From Bacteroidota bacterium (GTDB lineage: Bacteria; Bacteroidota; Bacteroidia; Bacteroidales; Lentimicrobiaceae), in contig WSXU01000001.1 of assembly GCA_009773455.1 (NCBI GenBank), forward strand, positions 117,186 to 181,185: a stretch of 64,000 nt of DNA, in the 5' to 3' direction. How positions within the stretch are numbered: position 1 is the first letter of the stretch; each line of letters starts with the position of its first letter. The notes under the pieces were generated by a model, which was not told the origin of the DNA, searched no databases, and saw nothing but the letters and a program-made list of their open reading frames with translations. A program made the position numbers and the translations under genes. Below, in pieces: positions 50,131-59,353 of the stretch.

Positions 50131-51714
50131 ATGCGAAAAAAAGTTGATTTCCTGGTCATAGGCACAGGTATTGCCGGTTTGAGTTATGCGCTGAAAGTAT
50201 CGGCCTATGGCAAGGTTTGTATCGTTACCAAGAGTGAAGCCCAGGAAAGCGCCACCCGATATGCCCAGGGCGGTATCGCCGCAGTAATGTACACACCCGA
50301 TACTTACGAAAAACACATCCGTGATACAATGATCGCCGGGGACGACCTGAGCGACCCTGAAATCGTACGCATCACCATTACCGAATCAACCGACCGTGTG
50401 AAAGAGCTTGTTGAATGGGGCGTGGCGTTTGATAAAAATCCGACCGGAAAATATGACCTGGCCAAAGAAGGCGGCCATTCCGAATTCAGGGTGCTCCACC
50501 ACAAAGACCAGACCGGGGCTGAGATTGAGAACAGCCTGCTGCAAAGGGTGAAGGAAAATAAAAACATCGAAATCCTCGAAAACCACTTTGCCGTCGACAT
50601 CATTACCGAACACCATTTTGAGAACGGGAAGAGCCCGGACAGCGACAGCATCACTTGTTACGGGGCCTATGTGCTCAACAAATCGAACCACCACATCATT
50701 ACCATTCTTGCCAAAACAACCATGATTGCCACCGGTGGGGCCGGCAACGTGTATGCCACCACCACCAACCCTCCGGTAGCCACCGGCGATGGCATTGCCA
50801 TGGTGAAACGGGCCAACGGTGACATTGAGAAAATGGAGTTTATCCAGTTCCACCCGACATCCCTCTACAACCCGGCCGAGAAACCCTCCTTCCTGATCAC
50901 CGAAGCCCTCAGGGGCTCGGGGGCGGTGCTGAAAACCCGCCAGGGAAAGGAGTTTATGCAGAAATACGATGCGAGACTGTCGCTGGCTCCCCGTGATATT
51001 GTCGCCCGGGCCATCGACAACGAACTGAAAATCAGCGGAGACGATTTTGTGTGCCTCGATGCCCGCCACCTCGATATGCAGGTGATCCTTAACCACTTTC
51101 CGGCCATTTACGCCAAGTGCCTCAGCATCGGCATCGACATGACAAAAGTGATGATCCCGGTTGTGCCGGCCGCCCACTACACCTGCGGCGGAATCAGGGT
51201 GGATGCCTATGCCCGTTGCAAAATCAGGAATCTTTACGCCTCCGGTGAATGCGCCTCTACCGGTCTGCATGGTGCCAACCGCCTGGCTTCCAATTCACTG
51301 CTCGAATCATTGGTATTTTCACACAGGGCCGCGCTCGACGCAGTTACGCTGGCCAAAAGACTCCAGTTTATGAATGAAATACCAGACTGGAATGCATCAG
51401 GAACCGTATTCAACGAGGAAATGATCCTGATTACCCAGTCGCTGAAGGAACTGCAGGGCATTATGACCAATTATGTCGGTATTGTCAGGTCGAACCTGAG
51501 GCTCAAACGGGCTTATGACAGGTTGCAGATACTCCAGGAAGAGACCGAAGACCTTTATGAAAAGTCGGTACTGACCGAAAAAATCTGTGAATTGAGGAAT
51601 ATGATTACTGTGGCCGGCCTGATCATTCAAATGGCCATGGAACGAAAAGAAAGCCGGGGGCTGCATCATAGCATCGATTACCCGAAGCAATACAAGACCG
51701 AAGGTGCGAACTAA
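50131..51714 (+). CDS. nadB: L-aspartate oxidase
   Basis: GTGIAG, AQGGIA, EGGHS..RVLH, IATGG, QFHPT, LITEALRG, LAPRDIVARAI, PAAHYTCGG, HGANRLASNSLLE, ESRGLH. Confidence 0.96.
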   Translation: MRKKVDFLVIGTGIAGLSYALKVSAYGKVCIVTKSEAQESATRYAQGGIAAVMYTPDTYEKHIRDTMIAGDDLSDPEIVRITITESTDRVKELVEWGVAFDKNPTGKYDLAKEGGHSEFRVLHHKDQTGAEIENSLLQRVKENKNIEILENHFAVDIITEHHFENGKSPDSDSITCYGAYVLNKSNHHIITILAKTTMIATGGAGNVYATTTNPPVATGDGIAMVKRANGDIEKMEFIQFHPTSLYNPAEKPSFLITEALRGSGAVLKTRQGKEFMQKYDARLSLAPRDIVARAIDNELKISGDDFVCLDARHLDMQVILNHFPAIYAKCLSIGIDMTKVMIPVVPAAHYTCGGIRVDAYARCKIRNLYASGECASTGLHGANRLASNSLLESLVFSHRAALDAVTLAKRLQFMNEIPDWNASGTVFNEEMILITQSLKELQGIMTNYVGIVRSNLRLKRAYDRLQILQEETEDLYEKSVLTEKICELRNMITVAGLIIQMAMERKESRGLHHSIDYPKQYKTEGAN

Positions 51715-51951
51715 GCGAGGGAGTGAGGGGGCGACCAGGTAATAGAGTGAAGGAAAACGACTTCAGCGATCTGTCAATATCCGGGTTATAAGGGTTCTAA
51801 AAGATTGGTTAGCATGAATGTTGGACATTGAACGTCAGGAATGGGAAATTGGGATTTTGGGTTTAGAAATTAGAAATTGTCATTCCTTCCTTTCATTATG
51901 CTTTTTCAAATAATTATCCAGGTACAAAAAATAAATCAGGAGACTTACAAG

Positions 51952-52485
51952 ATGGCACTGATCAGAGATGTAAAGGGAATCCACCCAAAAATCGGAAAAA
52001 ACTGCTATTTCGCCGAGAATGCAACCATCGTTGGTGAAGTTGAAATGGGCGACAACTGCAGTGTGTGGTTTAACGCAGTGGTGCGCGGGGATGTGCATTA
52101 CATTAAAATCGGCAACAATGTCAATATTCAGGATGGGGCCATCATTCACTGCACTTACCAGAAAGCACCGGTGAACATCGGCAACAATGTTTCCATTGCC
52201 CACAATGCCATTGTGCATGGTTGCACGATACACGACAATGTGCTGATCGGCATGGGTGCCATTGTAATGGATGGCGTAGTGGTTGAAAGCAACTCCATCA
52301 TCGCCGCCGGTGCCGTGGTTTCGCAGGGTACCCTGGTTGAATCAGGCAGTGTGTACGCCGGGGTCCCTGCCAAGAAAATCAAATCCATCGACACCAAACT
52401 GCTCGAAGGACAGGTAAACCGCATATCCAAAAGCTATACCATGTATGCCAGCTGGCACGACCCTTCGATTGAACCGGTTATTTAA
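51952..52485 (+). CDS. Gamma-carbonic anhydrase family protein (hexapeptide repeats)
   Basis: WFNAVVRGD, NIQDGAIIHC, IAHNAIVHGC (three His ligands); start 51952 preferred over TTG 51877. Confidence 0.9.
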   Translation: MALIRDVKGIHPKIGKNCYFAENATIVGEVEMGDNCSVWFNAVVRGDVHYIKIGNNVNIQDGAIIHCTYQKAPVNIGNNVSIAHNAIVHGCTIHDNVLIGMGAIVMDGVVVESNSIIAAGAVVSQGTLVESGSVYAGVPAKKIKSIDTKLLEGQVNRISKSYTMYASWHDPSIEPVI

Positions 52486-52494
52486 AAAGAAAAT

Positions 52495-53114
52495 GGGACG
52501 GGGGACGGGAAAATGGGAAGGGGGACGAAATTCCTGCTTCTTTGGACCAAGGGACTAGGAGAATGGGAGACAAGGTGGCTGAGTGATTTGCCTTGAATAA
52601 CACGGTTGTTAAATTCTATGTTGCAAATCGTATCGAAGACACCGGGAGTGGGTAATCCTGCTTTTATTGACAAGGGGACGAGAAACGGGAAAATGGGACG
52701 AGGGACGAAATTCCTGCTTCTGTGGACCAGGGGACATGGAGAATGGGAGACAAGGTGGCTGATTGATTTGCCTTGAATAACACGGTTGTTAAATTCTATG
52801 TTGCAAATCGTATCGAAGACACCGGGAATGGCTAATCCTGCTTTTATTGACAAGGGGACGAGAAACGGGAAAATGGGGCGAGGGATGAAATACCTGCTTC
52901 TGTGGACCTGGGGACAAGGAGAATGGGAGACAAGGTGGCTGAGTGATTTGCCTTTAATCACATGGTTGTTAAATTCTATGTTGCAAATCGTATCGAAGAC
53001 ACCGGGAATGGGTAATCCTGCTTTTATTGACAAGGGGGACGGGGGACGGGAAAATGGGACGGGGGACGAAATTCCTGCTTCTTTGGACCAGGGGACAAGG
53101 AGAATGGGAGACAA
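52495..53114. repeat. Tandem array of about 3.4 copies of a 180-bp unit
   Basis: Blocks starting at 52501, 52681 and 52861 align without gaps; partial fourth copy from about 53042 (one extra base); copies 1 and 2 differ at 12 of 180 positions. Confidence 0.95.
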
Positions 53115-53206
53115 AGAGATTGGAAATTCCTGTTTTCTGACATCTGACTTCCGACTTTGAGCCCGCCAAAGGTGGAAAAACTTTGGGCCCTCCATAGGCG
53201 GGTAAA

Positions 53207-53237
53207 CTTTGAGCTTTGGACTTTAGACTTTGAGCTT
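53207..53237. repeat. Heptamer run, left arm of an inverted repeat around the YugP-like gene
   Basis: CTTTGAG CTTTGGA CTTTAGA CTTTGAG CTT; 53220-53237 is the exact reverse complement of 54011-54028. Confidence 0.8.
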
Positions 53238-53317
53238 CCAGATACTGCCATTCTGTCAACCAAACCTTATGGCAGACTTTTTGTTGAATATTGACAAACC
53301 AAAAAAAGAAGATAAAA

Positions 53318-53995
53318 ATGGGATATTTAATAATTTTCGGAGTTTTTATGTTGCTGAGCTGGGTCATCGGTGCCCGTCTGAAGTCAAAATTCAGACAGTT
53401 CAGCCAGATTCCGGTCAACAATGGATACAGCGGGGCTGAGATTGCCGAAAGGATGCTCCGCGACAATGGTGTTTTTGATGTGCAAATAGTATCGGTCCAG
53501 GGTGAGCTCACCGACCATTATAACCCCCAGAACAAGACGGTTAACCTTAGTCCGGATGTTTACCATGGGCGGAATATATCAGCGGCTGCTGTGGCTGCCC
53601 ACGAATGCGGACATGCAGTTCAGCATGCCAATGCCTATGCCTGGCTTCAGATGCGTTCTTCGCTGGTTCCGGTGGTCAGTTTTGCCTCCAACTGGGTGCA
53701 ATGGGTATTGCTTGCCGGAATCCTGCTGGTAAATACCTTTCCCGGATTGTTGCTGGCAGGTATTGTCCTGTTTGCGATGACCACCCTGTTCAGCTTTATC
53801 ACACTTCCTGTTGAGATTGATGCCAGCCGCCGCGCCATTGCCTGGCTTGATGGCAGCGGAATCACCACCACCGCCACCCTTCCAAAAGCACAGGAGGCCC
53901 TGCGCTGGGCAGCTTATACCTATGTGGTTGCAGCCCTAGCTTCACTGGCTACCCTGCTTTACTACATTATGATTTTTATGGGGAGAAGGGAATAG
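53318..53995 (+). CDS. Membrane zinc metallopeptidase (YugP-like, Zn_peptidase_2)
   Basis: LTDHYNP, LSPDVY, AAHECGHA (HExxH), TLPVEIDAS, WAAYTYV; start 53318 preferred. Confidence 0.9.
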   Translation: MGYLIIFGVFMLLSWVIGARLKSKFRQFSQIPVNNGYSGAEIAERMLRDNGVFDVQIVSVQGELTDHYNPQNKTVNLSPDVYHGRNISAAAVAAHECGHAVQHANAYAWLQMRSSLVPVVSFASNWVQWVLLAGILLVNTFPGLLLAGIVLFAMTTLFSFITLPVEIDASRRAIAWLDGSGITTTATLPKAQEALRWAAYTYVVAALASLATLLYYIMIFMGRRE

Positions 53996-54002
53996 GAAGC
54001 GT

Positions 54003-54033
54003 AAAGCTTAAAGCTCAAAGTCTAAAGTTTAGA
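54003..54033. repeat. Heptamer run, right arm of the inverted repeat
   Basis: AAAGCTT AAAGCTC AAAGTCT AAAGTTT, starting 8 bp after the peptidase stop codon. Confidence 0.8.
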
Positions 54034-54266
54034 GTTTAATATTTAAACGGGACTCACCCGGACTTGATGGGTAATAAGTTTAAGCCTGAATTAAATTCAG
54101 TATAGTCAATTCAATAATCGCCGCAGGAAATCCCTGTGGCGGTTATTTATTCTGAATGGCAAGATGGAATTGCACCAGCACTTAATATCTTTGCTCCGGT
54201 AAATCCGTAATTCATAAATGATTCACGGAAAATTCCTGATTTTACACACACATTTGATTTCATTTC

Positions 54267-55190
54267 ATGGAGATACATCTTATACACTGGATTGCATTCC
54301 TCGTTTTTGTCTTTCTTATGCTGGCGCTCGATCTGGGCGTTTTTCACCGGAAATCACACGAGGTAAAAATAAAGGAAGCCCTTTTATGGAGCCTGGTATG
54401 GATCCTGCTGGCCCTCGTGTTTAACTACTTTGTTTACTTCTACATGGGGAAGGTTAAGGCCCTGGAATTCCTGGCCGGTTACCTGATTGAGAAGTCACTC
54501 AGTGTAGATAACCTGTTTGTGTTCCTATTGCTGTTTGGCTATTTCAATGTTGAACCAAAGTACCAGCATAAGGTGCTTTTCTGGGGAATCCTTGGGGCAC
54601 TGATCATGCGTGCGGTCTTTATATTCGCGGGTGTAGCCCTTCTCAACAGTTTCCATTGGCTTATCTACGTGTTTGGCGCATTCCTGGTATTTACAGGGAT
54701 AAAGATGCTATCACCCGGAGATGCTAAGGTAGAACCCGAAAAAAATGTACTGGTAAGACTCTTTAAAAAAGTATTTCCTGTTACAAAGGAGATGAGGGGT
54801 GGAAATTTCTTTGTCAGGGAGAATTCGAAACTTTTTGCAACCCCGCTTTTTGTTGTGCTGATTGTTGTTGAGTTTACCGACCTGATCTTTGCAGTCGACT
54901 CAATTCCTGCCATCCTTGCCATTTCAAAGGATACCTTTATCATCTTCACCTCCAATGTTTTTGCGATTCTGGGTCTGCGGGCGCTCTATTTCGCCCTGGC
55001 CGGTATCACGAGGTATTTCTTTTATCTGAAGTATGGCCTAGCTATAATCCTGGCCTTTGTCGGATTGAAAATGCTGGTAAGCGGATATTATAAATTTCCT
55101 GTCACCTGGTCGCTGGCTGTTATTTTCGGCATCCTCCTGCTGACAATCATAGCTTCTGTCATTTTCCCTAAGAAAGAGAAAATCGTCTGA
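54267..55190 (+). CDS. TerC/Alx family metal homeostasis membrane protein
   Basis: LALDLG, GYLIEKSLSVDNLFVF, TDLIFAVDSIPA, SNVFAILGLRALYF; TATCTTTG box at 54186-54193. Confidence 0.93.
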   Translation: MEIHLIHWIAFLVFVFLMLALDLGVFHRKSHEVKIKEALLWSLVWILLALVFNYFVYFYMGKVKALEFLAGYLIEKSLSVDNLFVFLLLFGYFNVEPKYQHKVLFWGILGALIMRAVFIFAGVALLNSFHWLIYVFGAFLVFTGIKMLSPGDAKVEPEKNVLVRLFKKVFPVTKEMRGGNFFVRENSKLFATPLFVVLIVVEFTDLIFAVDSIPAILAISKDTFIIFTSNVFAILGLRALYFALAGITRYFFYLKYGLAIILAFVGLKMLVSGYYKFPVTWSLAVIFGILLLTIIASVIFPKKEKIV

Positions 55191-55739
55191 TCAATGATCC
55201 GGCAACGGAAGGTACATATCCAGGTTTGGACCATCGTGCTCAAATTCACCGGCAACCCTGAAACCCCTTTTCTGATAAAAAACCAGTGCCCTGGAATTCG
55301 ATGACTGTACCCCACCCCAGAGTATCATTGTTCTAAAATCTGACTGACGAATATCGTTCAGGATAAACTCAAACATGTTGCTGCCCAGGCCCGAGCCTTG
55401 CCATTGATCAGCAACTGACGGCGCATAAGTGCAAACTGCTGATGCCGGGAGTTGAAAACCATAGCCGGAATACCTGATACCATCGGCTTCCAGATAGCCT
55501 GCCTTAATAAGCGAATAGGCAATGATCTGATCCGTTCCGGCCTCAAGCGCAATATAACCCCTGATTTCACATGATGAACCAAAAACTTTTTCTATCCCAT
55601 CCGGCGTAAATGGGTGGGGTCCGAAGCGGGCTTTGCTTTCCCCGCTCAGGTTCACCAAATAACTGAGAAGCTGGTCAGCGTGAACCGGTTCAAATTTCAG
55701 GAGCTCTGCATTCCGGCCATCTTTGGTGAGAACAATCAT
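55191..55739 (-). CDS. GNAT family N-acetyltransferase
   Basis: SVADQWQGSGLG, NSRALVFYQKRGF. Confidence 0.82.
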   Translation of the reverse strand: MIVLTKDGRNAELLKFEPVHADQLLSYLVNLSGESKARFGPHPFTPDGIEKVFGSSCEIRGYIALEAGTDQIIAYSLIKAGYLEADGIRYSGYGFQLPASAVCTYAPSVADQWQGSGLGSNMFEFILNDIRQSDFRTMILWGGVQSSNSRALVFYQKRGFRVAGEFEHDGPNLDMYLPLPDH

Positions 55740-55831
55740 ATACTGGCTTATACTTTAGGGTCGTCGACTATTTCTGTATACAAGGTAATCTGCCTTTCCG
55801 TCAGGAGAATCCTGCACCCCGGGACAACAGG

Positions 55832-56365
55832 CTACATAGAACATAATTTCACAATGGTAGCCCAGTTCCGGGTTGTAGCACTGACCTTTAGCTTATTCTC
55901 AAAAAATGTGTTGGTCAGTTTTGTCCTTCCATAACCATCCGGACAATGGAGATAAATCGCTTCCCCCCGGATGATAAATTCATCAGGCTGGTAAACTCCC
56001 TCAGCAATCTTCTGAACAAGATCGGGATCAGGAATACTGGATATCAGTGTAAGATGAAGCTTGTCTTCAGGCAGGTGATGATGTTGAATAAATGGATTGT
56101 CATCGCGGATGTGCTTCAGTTCGGTTTGCTTCAGAACCCGGACCGGGACACTGAATCCAAATTCTTTCCTGATACTCTCTGCAATCAGCAATCCGGCACC
56201 CCCATCATCTTTTGTGTCAGATTCAAATGCGATGTTACCACTCTGAATGTAGGTGCGAACATTCCGGAGTCCGGCCATGGTCAATACCTCTGCAAGAGGC
56301 CCCATTTTAATCAGGTTTTTTCCACTGACGTTGATACCTCTGAGCAGGGCGATAAAAGTTTGCAT
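55832..56365 (-). CDS. DUF1697 domain protein
   Basis: ALLRGINVSGKN, VRTYIQSGN, ATTRNWATI. Confidence 0.9.
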   Translation of the reverse strand: MQTFIALLRGINVSGKNLIKMGPLAEVLTMAGLRNVRTYIQSGNIAFESDTKDDGGAGLLIAESIRKEFGFSVPVRVLKQTELKHIRDDNPFIQHHHLPEDKLHLTLISSIPDPDLVQKIAEGVYQPDEFIIRGEAIYLHCPDGYGRTKLTNTFFENKLKVSATTRNWATIVKLCSM

Positions 56366-56399
56366 AGCTATTGATTTCGGACGCTTAATTTAACTGATT

Positions 56400-57296
56400 T
56401 CATTGAAAAGGAAAGAGATGATTATAGAAATATCCTCCGGCAATTACCACCAATCCGTACAAAATCAATGATCCGTCAAGGAGCAATGAGTACCGCAAAG
56501 GATTTTCAGAATCTGACCTCCTGTATATGAACCACAATACCGGGAGGCTCCAGAGGATGGCCGGCACAAAATGGGAATGAAAATCAAAAGTTCCTGTAAC
56601 AAGAGGATATATGAATATGAACAGCAATACAGTTCTCACAACCAGTTTCCGGGTCATCTTTTCTCCGAATACTACAGGAATGGTCCGGATGCCTTCCTCC
56701 CTGTCCTGAACCATATCAAGGATATCGAACAATAGAGCCAGCGGGAATATCAGAAAGAACCGTTCAATAAAAATCCATGATATCTTCCCTTCGGGAATTC
56801 CACCGGAGTTACCGGCAAGAGGAACCAGCACTGTTGTGAGGGACCAGACCAGGGCCACCAGAAACGTTTTCAGAAAAGGGATTCCCCTCAGCGACAGAAA
56901 ACCGGCCGGCCCCTTCAATGGCAAAGAGTAGAGCAGCGCTATCAGACCCGAAATCAGGATAATCCATCTTATTACGGTATTAACGTAAAAAAATGAGATG
57001 GCAAAAGCTGTCAGCGGGATTAGAAAAAAGAGCCAGACCACCGGCTGATTTGAAAACATCCACGGACTGCTCACCTTCCGTCCGGTCCTGCTCAGTGAAT
57101 AATACTTTATAAGACGGTGAAGGCTATACTCCGAAAGGGTCCCGGAGAAAATCAGCAGATGAAAAGATTGAAGATGTGGCTCAAAACCCGCCTGCACCTG
57201 TGATGCCAGGCATAGTGAAACCGCAGCAAAAGCAACGATCAGGTTGCCTGGCAGAAAGCTCATGAAATGGCTGTCTATTTGTCTCTTCACCTTCAA
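56400..57296 (-). CDS. UbiA prenyltransferase-like membrane protein
   Basis: Multiple TMs, LRGIPFLKTFLVALVW, FDILDMVQDREEGIRTIP Asp-rich motif. Confidence 0.75.
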   Translation of the reverse strand: MKVKRQIDSHFMSFLPGNLIVAFAAVSLCLASQVQAGFEPHLQSFHLLIFSGTLSEYSLHRLIKYYSLSRTGRKVSSPWMFSNQPVVWLFFLIPLTAFAISFFYVNTVIRWIILISGLIALLYSLPLKGPAGFLSLRGIPFLKTFLVALVWSLTTVLVPLAGNSGGIPEGKISWIFIERFFLIFPLALLFDILDMVQDREEGIRTIPVVFGEKMTRKLVVRTVLLFIFIYPLVTGTFDFHSHFVPAILWSLPVLWFIYRRSDSENPLRYSLLLDGSLILYGLVVIAGGYFYNHLFPFQ

Positions 57297-57485
57297 TTAA
57301 CAAACGGAACCCCGGAATTATTAAAATCTGACAATGGAAATAAAATGTTCCTCCGGGAAATTATCCTTGTTAAATCTGCCTGCGACAGGTTCCGGATATC
57401 AATGGCCTGATTTTGTAAAATTCCGCATGCGTGCGAATGACTTACAATTGACAAAGGTACCATTGACTGGTTTAACAGGGAGATT

Positions 57486-58658
57486 TTACCGGGCACCTGG
57501 GTAAAAAACATATTCCAGCCTGATCTCCCTGGTTATCAGCCCTCGGTCATCCATAACCTTGATGGCATTGATATTCCCCTTCTCATTGTAACCAAATAAC
57601 CAACGGGTTTCAGGATTCTCTATCATTGATTCCTTGGCTATGGTAATGTATTCAATGCCGGCCAGCTTTCTGCCTGCATCTGAAGTAAACACAAAATGTC
57701 TCCGGAATGACTTCATCTTGTCATCGATCTCCAGGTCGGAAATCAGTCCGTTACTATAGGAATAATCACTGGTATAATTACGGACCGGAGACTTGACGGT
57801 TTTTACTGAAAGTTTCCCGTTCCGGTTATACACAAAAGAAATGGAAAGCCTTTCTGAATTGCCGCTGAAACTCTGATAGTGAACGAGGTTTGTACCATCG
57901 TAATAATAATGGGTTGAATCGGTCACCCTGCCCTTCCGGTTGAGTGTCTGTTTAAGCGCAGGTTTGCTGATTTCGTTCATATAATACAAGTCCTTCGACG
58001 TCAGTTGCTCTTTTCCTGAAATCAGGTTAAAAAAAGAAGCCTCAGTAAGAAATCCGTTCTTATAATGCATCGTTGATCTGGTATTCTTTCCTGTTTTCCC
58101 GTCAATCATTCCTGAAATTCTTAAAGTATCCCCCTGTAGAGTGCTGAAGTAATTGATTTCCCTTTCTGTATCGGAATAGGAGACTGAAATCACCTTGCCC
58201 ATAGCAAAGCCAACGGTCTTATTCCTGCTTCTTTCAGCATCGGTCTGCATAAAAATCAGGGTATCGCCCTTCCGCATAAATTTAAGCTCAAAAAGCAGCT
58301 GATTTCCTTCAATCACCCTGGCCTGCATAATAGAGTCGGCAGGGATATAATTGATAAATCCGGCATCCACCACATCGAATATCTCTTTCTGGTAATAGGA
58401 AGATGTCTTTATCAGTTCATCATTTTCATAATAGATGCTCTCATTGAAAAGCGGGTTTTTAGAATAGGTCAGATTTCCGACATAGAAATAGCCCGGTGCA
58501 AAAAGTACCAGAGGGATGGTCCGGTCAAAGTCATTCAGCACCTGGTACAACAAGGTGCTGTTAACAAGCCGGGTCAGTGATTCCGGATGCTTTATCTGTG
58601 CCCGGGTCTGAGTCACCATCAGGAGAACAATGCCAGCCAGCAAACATTTTTTAATCAT
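57486..58658 (-). CDS. Secreted hypothetical protein with Tyr-rich beta-hairpin repeats
   Basis: Signal peptide MIKKCLLAGIVLLMV..AQ; YYYDG, FVYNRNG, YSYSNG, FGYNEKG units. Confidence 0.65.
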   Translation of the reverse strand: MIKKCLLAGIVLLMVTQTRAQIKHPESLTRLVNSTLLYQVLNDFDRTIPLVLFAPGYFYVGNLTYSKNPLFNESIYYENDELIKTSSYYQKEIFDVVDAGFINYIPADSIMQARVIEGNQLLFELKFMRKGDTLIFMQTDAERSRNKTVGFAMGKVISVSYSDTEREINYFSTLQGDTLRISGMIDGKTGKNTRSTMHYKNGFLTEASFFNLISGKEQLTSKDLYYMNEISKPALKQTLNRKGRVTDSTHYYYDGTNLVHYQSFSGNSERLSISFVYNRNGKLSVKTVKSPVRNYTSDYSYSNGLISDLEIDDKMKSFRRHFVFTSDAGRKLAGIEYITIAKESMIENPETRWLFGYNEKGNINAIKVMDDRGLITREIRLEYVFYPGAR

Positions 58659-58847
58659 GGTAAATACTTTTATTTATTGATGAAACATAAAATCAGGCAA
58701 CGATGAATGATATTTGTGCTAAGAGTCTGAAGCGGCCGGCAAAATTCCGGTTCAGGCAATACAAAGCTATGACATCTGCCGTGAGGCGCATTCATAAAAG
58801 ATCAATAATTCAGGTAAATTCCCGAAACTCTGCCAGATAAGCCAGTA

Positions 58848-59330
58848 CTAGGCAATCAGACCCATGATCACCACATAATTTTTACCATACTTTTTAGCGC
58901 ATTTCGGACAGGTTGTGTACCACATATACCACTTTTTAATCTCATGGCCACGTTCCGTTGCGGCTTTTTTGAATTCTTCCGTCCATTTCCCGGTATCCCC
59001 GAAGGGACCTTCATACACTTTACTGAAAAATTTTCCGCTGAGTGTCACTCTGTCTGCACCCTCTATTTCCCGGTCAACTGCCAGTAAAACATCCATGTTC
59101 CATTTCGAGGTGTGGTCCGAAAGACATAGCCAGTCGGGTACCTCAGCCCCCGTTTTTTCCACCTTTCCCATCAGACGTTTCATTGCACCACCAAAGTTCA
59201 CAGGCATGTAGAATATTGTGAACACTTTGTCGCGGATGAATAACTTATTGTTCCATTCAATAACCTGGTCATCCCAGGCAGCCGGGTTGAACTCAGGGCA
59301 ACATTCCGGTTCTTGTTTCTCTTTTTCCAT
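58848..59330 (-). CDS. Conserved hypothetical protein (GyrI-like / 'bacterial hydrolase' type)
   Basis: ECCPEFNP..WD, SKVYEGPF, YMWYTTCPKCAKKYGKNYVV. Confidence 0.7.
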   Translation of the reverse strand: MEKEKQEPECCPEFNPAAWDDQVIEWNNKLFIRDKVFTIFYMPVNFGGAMKRLMGKVEKTGAEVPDWLCLSDHTSKWNMDVLLAVDREIEGADRVTLSGKFFSKVYEGPFGDTGKWTEEFKKAATERGHEIKKWYMWYTTCPKCAKKYGKNYVVIMGLIA

Positions 59331-59353
59331 CGCTGATGAAATTAATGCGGTTA

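Noticed and set aside
52495-53114. CRISPR array interpretation of the tandem repeat
   Set aside because: Units are 180 bp, the intervening segments are near-identical rather than unique spacers, and there are no cas genes in the window.
52482-53511. ORFs 52482-53195, 52786-53160, 52969-53511 and 53024-53263 as real proteins
   Set aside because: They read through a repeat whose period is a multiple of 3, have Pro/Ser-rich low-complexity composition, change repeat frame at the 1-bp indel, and overlap the peptidase antisense. Not fully excluded without proteomics.
53996-54266. yybP-ykoY (Mn2+) riboswitch expected upstream of TerC/Alx
   Set aside because: No GGGGAGUA or GAGACC-type conserved segments are visible; the -7 box is only about 70 bp from the ATG. 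An Rfam RF00080 scan would settle it.
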